Assembly: GCA_016931255.1 (NCBI GenBank)
Contig: JAFGFG010000009.1
Location: 164,661-228,660 of the forward strand
From: Candidatus Aenigmatarchaeota archaeon
Lineage (GTDB): Archaea; Aenigmatarchaeota; Aenigmatarchaeia; QMZP01; JAFGSV01
Length of the DNA: 64,000 nucleotides
Direction of reading: 5' to 3'
A program made the translations under genes and the position numbers. Positions 37,714 to 46,446 of the stretch are shown piece by piece. Numbering within the stretch: position 1 is the stretch's first letter; the number at the start of each line of letters is the position of its first letter. A model generated the notes under the pieces. That model made no database searches. It worked only from the letters and a program-made list of their open reading frames with translations, and had not been told where the DNA came from.

Positions 37714-38732
37714 TGCTTGAGACCCATTGCTGTGTCAGTCTTCCTGACACTCGTCAGCGGGTCGCTTTCCATCTCGAGCATGGCCCTTATTGCGTCAACA
37801 TTCTCCGGCACGATATCACTTTCCTGATGGATAGCCTGCATGTAGAATAGTTCGCCTTTCCTGGCATTTATGCTTTCATGCCATACAGCTATTTCATTCA
37901 GGTCCGACCTCTGCCTTCCAAGCTCTTTAGCCCATTCCATTATGTGGGCTGTGGACTTTATTCCCTCTGCTGCCTTGATGAGCACAACCCTCGGAGCCTT
38001 CTCGAAGAGCCCGATTACATCGTCGGTGCTCGTGCCGTTCTTCAGCTTCACGTTCACTGTGTGCATGTGCATCAGGGTCGTCGGCACCTTCAGGGCCACT
38101 GTGGTTATGTTCAGGTCAGGGAATATGGTGTTGACATCCGGTCCGTGGTGGGATGGTACTGTCACTGGATCTGGAACAATGGCGTTCACCGGTCCCTTCT
38201 TTATGTCAGCCGGGTCCGGCCCTCTTCGTATCATGACTGCGCTGACGCTTTCTATTCCGTAGTTGCTGATTATGGGTCCGAGTGTCCTGCAGAGTCCTGT
38301 GGTGTTGCACGAGACCACCCTGACGAACTGCCTGCCAATGGAATTCTTGTAGTTGGATGTTGAGTTGAAGGAGACATCCGCAGTTCCGGGCTTCTCTCCG
38401 CCCTGGAATATTACCTTCTTTTTCATATGTATATAGAATTTTTCCTTGTTCTCTATGCCTATGCCGTCAGGTGCGCCGTCAACGATTATGTCTGCCTCGT
38501 CGATAAGCTCTTTTACAAGTCCTTCCACTTTCAGTCCTGCTTCCTCGAACAGCCTGATGTTCTCTTTGCTGGTTGTGTAAAGGGGGTAATTCTTGTTCAT
38601 AGCGCTGAAGGCCTCGAATGTGGGCTTGGTCTTGACTACACCGACTATCTTCATATCCTTCTGCACTGCCACTGCATCAGCAACCCGCCTGCCAACTGTT
38701 CCGTATCCGTTGATTGCCACTTTTACTGCCAC
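37701..38732 (-). CDS. gap2: Glyceraldehyde-3-phosphate dehydrogenase, type II (archaeal)
   Basis: It has [17 protein letters not shown], the catalytic [20 protein letters not shown] and VPTTLMH. It is near-colinear with methanogen GAPDH. Confidence 0.9.
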   Translation of the reverse strand: MAVKVAINGYGTVGRRVADAVAVQKDMKIVGVVKTKPTFEAFSAMNKNYPLYTTSKENIRLFEEAGLKVEGLVKELIDEADIIVDGAPDGIGIENKEKFYIHMKKKVIFQGGEKPGTADVSFNSTSNYKNSIGRQFVRVVSCNTTGLCRTLGPIISNYGIESVSAVMIRRGPDPADIKKGPVNAIVPDPVTVPSHHGPDVNTIFPDLNITTVALKVPTTLMHMHTVNVKLKNGTSTDDVIGLFEKAPRVVLIKAAEGIKSTAHIMEWAKELGRQRSDLNEIAVWHESINARKGELFYMQAIHQESDIVPENVDAIRAMLEMESDPLTSVRKTDTAMGLKQWWK

Positions 38733-38759
38733 TTTTTCACCTCGCTAATTTAACATGAT

Positions 38760-40553
38760 TCATTCCACTGTCACTGACTTTGCCAGATTCCTCGGCTTGT
38801 CTACATCCAGCCCCTTCCTGTCAGCTATGTAGTATGCAAGGAGCTGCAGCGGAATTATGTTGACTACCGGTGACACTTCGTCCATGGTTTCCGGCACCCT
38901 TATCACCCAGTCGGCGAGCCTCTTTATGTCCATGTCGCCTTCTGTTGCTATTGCGATTATCTTCCCGCGTCTTGCCTTCACTTCTTCCATGTTCGATATG
39001 ATTTTGTCATAACCCTTTCCCTTGTTGGCAATGAAGACAATCGGCATGTTCTCGTCTATAAGCGCTATGGGGCCATGCTTCATCTCAGCTGCGGGGTAGC
39101 CCTCTGCGTGTATGTATGATATCTCCTTGAGCTTCAGCGCGCCTTCAAGCGCAGTGGGGTAGTTTATGCCCCTTCCGAGGTACAGGAAATTGCTGTGGTC
39201 CGCAACTGCATCCGCTATTGCCTTTATTTTCTTGTTCTGCTTCAGCACATGATCCACCTTTTCCGGAAGCCCCCTTATCTCCGAGATAATGTTGCTGTCC
39301 AGTGTCTTGCCATTGCTCTGCCTGAGATCGAGCGCCAGAAGCATTAATGCAACCAGCTGGTTGGTGTACGCTTTCGTGGATGCGACGCCTATCTCAGGCC
39401 CTGCGTGTATGTATATCCCGGTGTCCGCTTCCCTTGCTATGGTGGACCCGACCACGTTTATTATTCCCATTGTCTTTGCTCCCCTCTTCTTGGCTTCCTT
39501 CAGCGCGGCCAGCGTGTCGGCTGTCTCGCCTGACTGCGATATGACAACCACAAGGTCGTTCTTGCCGACAAGAGGTTCCCTGTACCTGAATTCAGATGCA
39601 TAGTCCACTTCTGTGGGTATCTCCGCTATGGACTCGATGAGATACCGTCCTATGAGGGCTGAATGCCAGGAGGTTCCGCACGCCACTATGATGATGCGCC
39701 TGCAATCGGAGAGTGTGCCGTTGACGCTGAGTTTTATGGTCTTTCCTATCCTTCCCCTCATGACGTTTCTGAGTGATTCCGGCTGCTCGAATATCTCCTT
39801 AAGCATGAAATGCTTGAAGCCTCCCTTCTCTATCTGGTCAAGGTCCCATCCTATTTCCTCAACTTCCTTGTCTATTTTCTTGTCAAAGAGGTTCTTCACA
39901 GTGACCTTGCCTGCCTTTATTGAGGCAATCTCCTTGTCTTCAAGGTATATCATCTTCTTTGTGTGCTCAAGTATAGCGGAAGCGTCAGAAGCTGTGAATG
40001 TCTCGTCGTCCTTGACACCTATTATGAGAGGAGACCCGTTCCTCGCCACTATTATCTCTTCGTGGTTCCTGTGTATCACAGCGATGCCGTACGTTCCCCT
40101 CACCTTGATGAGCGCTTTGCTCACAGCTCCCATGAAGTTTCCGGTGTAGAACTTCTCTATGAGATGCGCGAGAACCTCGGTGTCTGTGTCTGTCTGGAAT
40201 GTGTGCCCCTCGCTTTCAAGGAGGTCCCTGAGTGTGCTGTAGTTTTCAATTATACCATTATGCACAAGAGCAAGGTCGCCGTTGCATGCAGTATGCGGAT
40301 GGGCATTGACCATGTTCGGCTCTCCGTGGGTTGCCCATCTTGTATGGGCTATGCCTATTTTTCCGCCGAGTTTGCTGAAGTCGTGCTTTGTGTCAACCTC
40401 GTCTATCTTTCCGCTGTCTTTTATAACATCAAGGCTGCTGTTGAGCACAGCCATGCCCGCTGAGTCATAACCCCTGTACTCAAGCCTTTTCAGGCATTTC
40501 AGCAGTATGGGCGATGCCTTTCTCGGCCCTATGTAACCCACTATTCCGCACAT
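38760..40553 (-). CDS. glmS: Glutamine--fructose-6-phosphate aminotransferase. The start is re-set to MCGIVGY
   Basis: An N-terminal Cys nucleophile (MCGIVGYIG) is followed by two SIS domains and the C-terminal motif NLAKSVTVE. Confidence 0.9.
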   Translation of the reverse strand: MCGIVGYIGPRKASPILLKCLKRLEYRGYDSAGMAVLNSSLDVIKDSGKIDEVDTKHDFSKLGGKIGIAHTRWATHGEPNMVNAHPHTACNGDLALVHNGIIENYSTLRDLLESEGHTFQTDTDTEVLAHLIEKFYTGNFMGAVSKALIKVRGTYGIAVIHRNHEEIIVARNGSPLIIGVKDDETFTASDASAILEHTKKMIYLEDKEIASIKAGKVTVKNLFDKKIDKEVEEIGWDLDQIEKGGFKHFMLKEIFEQPESLRNVMRGRIGKTIKLSVNGTLSDCRRIIIVACGTSWHSALIGRYLIESIAEIPTEVDYASEFRYREPLVGKNDLVVVISQSGETADTLAALKEAKKRGAKTMGIINVVGSTIAREADTGIYIHAGPEIGVASTKAYTNQLVALMLLALDLRQSNGKTLDSNIISEIRGLPEKVDHVLKQNKKIKAIADAVADHSNFLYLGRGINYPTALEGALKLKEISYIHAEGYPAAEMKHGPIALIDENMPIVFIANKGKGYDKIISNMEEVKARRGKIIAIATEGDMDIKRLADWVIRVPETMDEVSPVVNIIPLQLLAYYIADRKGLDVDKPRNLAKSVTVE

Positions 40554-40595
40554 AATATCACCAAGGATAAGTAGAGACTTGTTGGGCATTATTTA

Positions 40596-40620
40596 AAGAC
40601 ATTACTGATAAAAATGTCTT
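40596..40620. terminator. Perfect 8-bp inverted repeat (aagacatt-N9-aatgtctt) in the glmS upstream / HTH-gene upstream intergenic region
   Basis: The palindrome is seen directly in the sequence. It is flanked by two TTATAAAT TATA-like boxes at about 40660 and 40685. Confidence 0.3.
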
Positions 40621-40715
40621 AATAGATGCCGGTTCTGGGGCATGAATTGGGTAAATGCTTATAAATGGTCCTATGGAAAACTTATAAATATTAAAACAAA
40701 ATTCATAAAGGTACT

Positions 40716-41642
40716 ATGTCAAAATATTTCCTCTTAAAGAGCGGCAAGGAGAATGAGGTAGCTCCTGTGCTGATTTTCAAGAATCCCTCAAGGCTGAGTG
40801 TCCTCACTTCAGAGCTTGGATGGAAGATATTCACAATGATGTCCCAGCCGCAGTGCCCGATGGACCTGGCGAAGAAGCTTGGCCTTCATGAGCAGAAGGT
40901 TTACTATTACATAAAGAAGCTCAGGGAAAGCGGGCTGATACATGAGCTCAGGACAGAGCAGAGGCACGGCGCAGTGGCAAAGTTCTATCAGGCATCCGAC
41001 GAGGCATTTGCGCTGGCATCTGAGAATGTCACATTCAGTAAGCTGAGCATAAAGTCTCCGCAGAAGTCGCGCCTGCTAAACCCTTTCATAAAGGATGGGA
41101 GGCTGAATTCAACCATAGTCGTTGGCTCCCCTGACCCGCACGGCCCGTACAAGGCCCGTGCGAGCGATGCCTGCTGCGCAATAGACCTCGCTCTCTTCAT
41201 GGGGGCATTCACGTCAGGCGACAACCTTCCCAATTACAAGCTGGACACAGAGGTCAGGGATGACACACTCAGAGGCAACATGGTCCTGATAGGCGGGCCG
41301 ACAGCGAACATGATAACAATGAAGCACAACAGGGAATTCCCGATATACATAGACATGGAGCACGAGAGGAACATCATCTCCACACTCTCCAAGAAGACAT
41401 ACACAGATGATGACACGGGCATAGTCAGCATAATACAGAATCCGGAGAACCCTGAGAAGAAGATACTCATGCTGGCGGGAAAGAGGTTCGCAGGAACCCG
41501 TGCGTCCATACTTTCAGTTGTGACAAGGTTCGAGGAGTTTCTTGATGGAAACAAGTTCAGCAGTGATGTCAAGGCGCGCGTTGTCAAGGGCTACGACATG
41601 GACGGCGACGGCATAATAGACACAGCAGAGTTCTTGGAGTAA
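40716..41642 (+). CDS. Winged-HTH regulator with a C-terminal EF-hand-like Ca-binding loop
   Basis: An N-terminal ArsR/TrmB-like wHTH (LAKKLGLHEQKVYYYIKKLRESGLI) and a C-terminal GYDMDGDGIIDTAEFLE (DxDxDGxIxxxE). Confidence 0.5.
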   Translation: MSKYFLLKSGKENEVAPVLIFKNPSRLSVLTSELGWKIFTMMSQPQCPMDLAKKLGLHEQKVYYYIKKLRESGLIHELRTEQRHGAVAKFYQASDEAFALASENVTFSKLSIKSPQKSRLLNPFIKDGRLNSTIVVGSPDPHGPYKARASDACCAIDLALFMGAFTSGDNLPNYKLDTEVRDDTLRGNMVLIGGPTANMITMKHNREFPIYIDMEHERNIISTLSKKTYTDDDTGIVSIIQNPENPEKKILMLAGKRFAGTRASILSVVTRFEEFLDGNKFSSDVKARVVKGYDMDGDGIIDTAEFLE

Positions 41643-41673
41643 CAGATTTTAATCATCTATACGATAAACACAT

Positions 41674-42564
41674 ATGATTTCAGAAGATGAGATTGCGAAG
41701 TACAGGGAAGCCGGCGCCATTGTGGCAAAACTTCGTGTGGACATGCTTAAGACAATCAGGCCCGGAACAAAGCTGCTGGACATCGGAGAGAAGATTGAAG
41801 GAACGATACTGAAAGCCGGCGCAAAGCCCGCGTTTCCTGTGAACATAAGCATAAACGAGTCCGCTGCCCATTATACGCCACAGATAGGCGATGAAAAGAC
41901 TGTTGGTGACGGAGACCTTGTGAAGATAGACATAGGCGCGCATGTCGATGGCTATGTGGCTGACATGGCTTTCACCTACTGCTCAGAGAAGAGCCCGCTC
42001 ATAAAGGCAGCGGAGGATGCGCTCAGAGAGGGCATATCCGTCATAAGGCCCGGTGTGAAGGTTTCAGAGATTAGCCAGGCGATTTATGGAAGCATGAAGT
42101 CTTCGGGATGCGCTCCTGTTGTGAACCTTTCCGGACACGGCATAGGCCGTTACGATTTTCACGGCAGGTTCTCCATACCCAATGTCCCGAACAACAGCAG
42201 CATCGTGCTGGGGGAAGGCGATGTCATAGCGCTTGAGCCTTTCGTTGCGGAAAGCGCTGTGCATGTGACCGAGGCGAACCCTGTTGAGATTTACCAGTTC
42301 GCGCAGAAAAGGCCAGTGAGAATGATGGAGTCGCGAAAGATAATGTCCTTGGCCGAGAATGATTACAGCAGCTTCCCGTTCGCGAAGCGGTGGCTTGCTA
42401 AGCACATATCGCCCATGAAGATAAAGATGGCGCTTCTTGAGCTTGAGCGCGCAGGCGCACTCCAGTCCTATCCTGTGCTCAAGGACATGCAGGGCCGAAA
42501 GATTGCTCAGGCAGAGGACACAATCATCGTCATGGACAAGCCCATAGTCACGACAAGACTTTAG
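41674..42564 (+). CDS. map: Methionine aminopeptidase, type 2
   Basis: Pita-bread fold with metal ligands (D...D...H...E...E) and the GHGIGRYDFHG motif. Confidence 0.85.
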   Translation: MISEDEIAKYREAGAIVAKLRVDMLKTIRPGTKLLDIGEKIEGTILKAGAKPAFPVNISINESAAHYTPQIGDEKTVGDGDLVKIDIGAHVDGYVADMAFTYCSEKSPLIKAAEDALREGISVIRPGVKVSEISQAIYGSMKSSGCAPVVNLSGHGIGRYDFHGRFSIPNVPNNSSIVLGEGDVIALEPFVAESAVHVTEANPVEIYQFAQKRPVRMMESRKIMSLAENDYSSFPFAKRWLAKHISPMKIKMALLELERAGALQSYPVLKDMQGRKIAQAEDTIIVMDKPIVTTRL

Positions 42565-42851
42565 AATACGTGTATATACTTCCCGTCGATTTTCCCGTTT
42601 CGGACTTCTATGCCGCTATCTTTCAGGAGCCTGATTTTTCCATTTACCCCGTCTCTTCCGGAATAACCGCCAACTGAGCCGTCAGATGAGATGACGCGGA
42701 AGCACTGCAGATTTTCAGTGTCCCTGTTCGTTTTCATGTAAACGGCAACAGCGCGCGGATGAATTCCTGCAGCTCTGGCAAGTTCCTTATAAGTGGTTAC
42801 CTTGCTTTTTGGTAACTGTTTCAGAAGTTTGTAGACCTTTTCTCTGGACAT
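42561..42851 (-). CDS. ogt: Methylated-DNA-protein-cysteine methyltransferase (DNA-binding/active-site domain only, 96 aa). The start is re-set to MSREKVY
   Basis: The motif LQCFRVISSDGSVGGYSG aligns to the Ogt active-site PCHRVV...GGY region. A single-domain form. Confidence 0.6.
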   Translation of the reverse strand: MSREKVYKLLKQLPKSKVTTYKELARAAGIHPRAVAVYMKTNRDTENLQCFRVISSDGSVGGYSGRDGVNGKIRLLKDSGIEVRNGKIDGKYIHVF

Positions 42852-42852
42852 C

Positions 42853-43008
42853 TCAGCTCCAGAAGTCTTCCTGTTCGTGTTCGGTTTCCAGCACAACGCC
42901 GAATCTTGAGAATATGGAACAGCAGTTCGGGCATTTCCATACCTCCGGGTTCTTATTCCACAGCTTGCCTTTGGTACCACATGTGTGGCATTTTTCCGTG
43001 AATACCAT
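42853..43008 (-). CDS. Unlisted 51-aa zinc-ribbon protein (MVFTEKCHTCGTKGKLWNKNPEVWKCPNCCSIF...)
   Basis: It has a CxxC-N15-CxxC pattern. The ATG lies 9 nt after the rpl32e stop, and its TGA stop is 1 nt from the ogt ATG, which indicates translational coupling. Confidence 0.45.
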   Translation of the reverse strand: MVFTEKCHTCGTKGKLWNKNPEVWKCPNCCSIFSRFGVVLETEHEQEDFWS

Positions 43009-43017
43009 AGTGCCAAC

Positions 43018-43422
43018 TCACTTTGAGCCCGGAAGCTTCGCCCTGTAAGCATTGCTGACTTTTATCTTAAGTTTTTCAGCTTCCTGAACTATTTCCATTC
43101 GCTTCTTTTTTCCAACACTGGACCTGATTATTGCGATTTCCTTCTTGCTATCTACTTTTCTCAGTTCTTCAACATTGGAAATGTGAACAGGAATGAATCC
43201 TTGCTTTGTCATTCCCTTTACAGCCTTTGGCGATCCGAATCCTGTTGAGGGCTTCTTTCCTCTAGGCTTCCTGCATTTTCTGAGCTTTGAATGCCTGCCT
43301 CTCGGCCTTCTCCAAACATCATCGAGCTTCTCGTACCTGTATCCTTCCTGCCGGACGAAATCAGGCTTCTTAGCCTTCTTTTTCTTCCTTATGCTGAGAA
43401 GCTTTGAAATTATTCCTGCCAT
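43018..43422 (-). CDS. rpl32e: 50S ribosomal protein L32e
   Basis: The sequence KKPDFVRQEGYRYEKLDDVWRRPRGRHSKLR is present. The start is set to MAGIIS, 1 nt after the rpl6 stop. Confidence 0.85.
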   Translation of the reverse strand: MAGIISKLLSIRKKKKAKKPDFVRQEGYRYEKLDDVWRRPRGRHSKLRKCRKPRGKKPSTGFGSPKAVKGMTKQGFIPVHISNVEELRKVDSKKEIAIIRSSVGKKKRMEIVQEAEKLKIKVSNAYRAKLPGSK

Positions 43423-43423
43423 A

Positions 43424-43960
43424 TCAACCATCCTCTGTCTTCGGCTTTCCAAGGGGGTATATGCCGTCCTGGAATACCCTTCTGTCGAATCCCCTTACAT
43501 GCGTTGCCTTCTCGATGTTGGCCACGCACTGTCCGACCTTCTCCTTGTCCGCTCCCGAGACTGTAATCTGGTCACCCTCTATCTTGACGTTTACACCGTC
43601 TTCGAGAACAGCCTTCCTGTCAGACCTTGCCCCTATGAAGTTCTTTATTATGAGTTCATTATCCTTCTGTTCAAGCTTTACAGGGAAATGCGCGTAGACG
43701 AGCTTCATTGAAGATGTCCATCCCTTTGTGGCACCCTTTATCATGTTGTTCATGTGCGCTCTCCATGTGCCCATCATGGATTTTATCTTCTTCTTGTCCT
43801 CTTCGGACCTGATAACTATCTTGTCATCTTTCTTTTCCACTTTTATCTTCGGATGTGAGAATGTCCTGCTGAGTTCGCCCTTCGCGCCCCTGACCTTGAG
43901 TAGGCTGCCCTCCATGGTCACTTCAGCGCCTTCTTCAATCCTGACTTCGTATTCTAGCAT
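43424..43960 (-). CDS. rpl6: 50S ribosomal protein L6
   Basis: Two L6 alpha/beta repeats (VKVRGAKGELSRTF ... VEDGVNVKIEGDQITVSG). Confidence 0.85.
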   Translation of the reverse strand: MLEYEVRIEEGAEVTMEGSLLKVRGAKGELSRTFSHPKIKVEKKDDKIVIRSEEDKKKIKSMMGTWRAHMNNMIKGATKGWTSSMKLVYAHFPVKLEQKDNELIIKNFIGARSDRKAVLEDGVNVKIEGDQITVSGADKEKVGQCVANIEKATHVRGFDRRVFQDGIYPLGKPKTEDG

Positions 43961-44070
43961 TCATTCACCTGATAAATTATCTAAATACTTGTAAGTATAC
44001 TTATAAATATTTGCTTTCTTCCTGAAAAGATTTAAAACACTGAAATATTAACTTGAATGGAGGTGTATGC

Positions 44071-44355
44071 ATGCTGTCGCAAATACCAATAGATTTCAAT
44101 CAGGTGAAAAAGAAAGGCATTGACATGGAAATACTCAGAGTCGGGATGATAGCCGAACTGGACGCCGTGAACCTTTATGAGCAGCTGGCTGCCATGGCGG
44201 AAAACGTGAACATCAGGAAAGCCCTCATGGACATAGCGAAGGAAGAGAAGACTCATATGGGTGAATTCCAGGCGCTTCTTCTGGAAGTGGACAAGGAACA
44301 GAAAAAGGAACTGGAAGAAGGCAAAAAAGAGATAGAAGAGATGTCAGGGAAATGA
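44071..44355 (+). CDS. Small ferritin-like/rubrerythrin-family diiron-carboxylate protein (single E...ExxH half)
   Basis: AELDAVNLYEQLA and AKEEKTHMGEF form one E/ExxH pair on a two-helix hairpin. The start is re-set to MLSQIP. Confidence 0.45.
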   Translation: MLSQIPIDFNQVKKKGIDMEILRVGMIAELDAVNLYEQLAAMAENVNIRKALMDIAKEEKTHMGEFQALLLEVDKEQKKELEEGKKEIEEMSGK

Positions 44356-44439
44356 ACAGACACTTCAGGATGCCAATAACATCATTTCCGGGAAGCCGTG
44401 TCTCACTCAATTTTTAAATCCCTGAGTTTTTCTACTATT

Positions 44440-45282
44440 ATGAGCGAGCTGTATGTTGAGAATCCACTGGAATTCTGGTGCAACAACTATGGAATGAGCT
44501 CTGCTGATGTTGTTTTCCTCGGAGTGCCTTTTGACGGGACCAGTACAGGAAGAGTGGGAAGCAGGGAGGCACCGAACGAGATAAGGAAGATGTCGTACAA
44601 TCTGGAGACTTTCAGCAAATATAACAAGCGCGACCTCTCGAAGCTGAAGATGCTTGATTACGGCAACCTTATAGTTGTTCCCGGAGACACTGACAAGACG
44701 CTTGACAGGCTTGAAAAGACAGTGAAAGAGCTGAAAGAAAAATTCCCCGTGGTAATAGGCGGAGAGCACATAATAACACTGCCAGTTGTAAAAATGATGC
44801 TTAAGCAGCATCCGAACCTGAAGGTAATACAGTTTGACGCGCACATGGACCTGAAGGATGAGTATATTGAAAACAATTATTCCCATGTGACTGTCATGAG
44901 ACGGATTTCAGAGATTATAGGCGACGGCCGCATCATACAGGTCGGGACGCGCTCATTTGACCCTGAAGAAAAGGAATACGCAAAGAAGCATACAATCACC
45001 AAGACTCCTGCGAATCTGCTGGATTACGCAGTTAAGGGACCTGTGTACATAACCGTGGACATGGATGTCTTCGACCCTGCAATAGCACCGGGAGTGTCGA
45101 CTCCGGCGCCTGGAGGCATGAGTTTCACTGAATACGTTGAACTTATCAATAAACTGTCAGAAAAGCTGGAAGTTGTGGGATTCGATGTCGTAGAGACATG
45201 CCCGCCCCATGACGATGCATCGATGACGTCGCTTCTCGCTGCTGAAGTCGTGAAAGAGACGATTCTGGCTTTCAGAAAATGA
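44440..45282 (+). CDS. speB: Agmatinase/arginase-family ureohydrolase
   Basis: The Mn-binding motifs GGEHIIT, DAHMD and DMDVFDPAIAPGVSTPAPGG are present. The start is re-set to MSELYVENP. Confidence 0.8.
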   Translation: MSELYVENPLEFWCNNYGMSSADVVFLGVPFDGTSTGRVGSREAPNEIRKMSYNLETFSKYNKRDLSKLKMLDYGNLIVVPGDTDKTLDRLEKTVKELKEKFPVVIGGEHIITLPVVKMMLKQHPNLKVIQFDAHMDLKDEYIENNYSHVTVMRRISEIIGDGRIIQVGTRSFDPEEKEYAKKHTITKTPANLLDYAVKGPVYITVDMDVFDPAIAPGVSTPAPGGMSFTEYVELINKLSEKLEVVGFDVVETCPPHDDASMTSLLAAEVVKETILAFRK

Positions 45283-46446
45283 TTACTTCTTTTTTGCAGT
45301 TTTTTTCGGCGCGGGCTTCTTGGTTTCTTTCTTTTCTATCTTCTTCTCGGCCTTCGGTTTCCATTCTGCCTTCTTTTCGGTCTTTTTCTCCACCTTCGGC
45401 TTTTCCGCTTTTATGGGTTCAGCCTTTTCCTTGGCTGCCGGCTTCATGGGAACCTTCGGGATGTCTCCGTAAAGGTCGAATGAGCCTGTGCCTGCCGGTA
45501 TGACCTGATTCACCATGATGTTTTCGACTATTCCGGAAAGGTCGTCTTCATCGTTCCTGATTGCAGCTGATATCAGATGTTTCTTGGTTTCCTCGAAAGC
45601 CGCCCTTGCGAGCACTGAGTCCTTCTCCCCAGCGATTCCGTAACGGCCTATTGCTTTTATTGTTCCTGAGAATGTCATAAGGTCTGCGAGAAGCATTATG
45701 TATCTTACGTCCACATGGAGTCCCTGCTCGTCCAGAGTGTACTTGGACTGGTTTATTATGGAGTTTCGTGCAGCCTCGACACCGAGCACTTCCAGTATCT
45801 CGAATATGCTGTTGCATGTGGTCTTGTAAGGGTCCACACCCTCTATTTTCTGGACTTTCTTGAGACTGGAGCCAAGTGTGTTGATTATCCACTCTCCGTT
45901 GTCCTTGTTGACTATGGCCTGCGTCACACCCTTGATGCCCTTCATGTGCAGCTCGAGAAGCTTGTACTTGAGCTTGTGAAGGTTCTTGACATCAACACCC
46001 ATGCTTGCCACCCTGAGTTCGTTTCCTGTGCCATCGACCTTGACCTTCTTCAGTTTGACTGCCTTCTTTATCTTTTCGATGTCCAGTTCAAGCTCTTTCA
46101 GCAATTTTGCATCAAGCTTGCATATGACCTCAAGGTTTGTCATGTCGAGCATGTCAGCTGTCACAAGGTCTTTGAGCTTCACTTCCTTGATGTTCTCAGC
46201 GACTTTTTTGGCCTTTTCAACTGTCTGATGGTCCTTGTCAAGATGAATCTCCATAGTCGGAGTTGCAAGCTCTTTCCTTGCGTCAAAAATCTCTATAATC
46301 CTAGGCAGACCCAGTGTCACCTGTATGCCTGCAGTTCCTGCGAAGTGATATGTTCGCATCGTCATCTGCGTAGCCGGCTCTGAAAGCGACTGGGCTGCCA
46401 CTACGCCTATTGCCTCTTCAGGACTGAACATTCTTTTTCCTTTCAT
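45283..46446 (-). CDS. rpoA2: DNA-directed RNA polymerase subunit A'' with a Lys-rich C-terminal extension
   Basis: It has [21 protein letters not shown]. The last about 60 aa are [39 protein letters not shown]. Confidence 0.9.
   Translation of the reverse strand: MKGKRMFSPEEAIGVVAAQSLSEPATQMTMRTYHFAGTAGIQVTLGLPRIIEIFDARKELATPTMEIHLDKDHQTVEKAKKVAENIKEVKLKDLVTADMLDMTNLEVICKLDAKLLKELELDIEKIKKAVKLKKVKVDGTGNELRVASMGVDVKNLHKLKYKLLELHMKGIKGVTQAIVNKDNGEWIINTLGSSLKKVQKIEGVDPYKTTCNSIFEILEVLGVEAARNSIINQSKYTLDEQGLHVDVRYIMLLADLMTFSGTIKAIGRYGIAGEKDSVLARAAFEETKKHLISAAIRNDEDDLSGIVENIMVNQVIPAGTGSFDLYGDIPKVPMKPAAKEKAEPIKAEKPKVEKKTEKKAEWKPKAEKKIEKKETKKPAPKKTAKKK

Noticed and set aside
42809-43048. 79-aa plus-strand ORF between ogt and rpl32e
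   Set aside because: The minus-strand 51-aa Zn-ribbon ORF in the same place has coupled start/stop geometry with its neighbours and a clear CxxC...CxxC pattern. The plus-strand ORF has neither.
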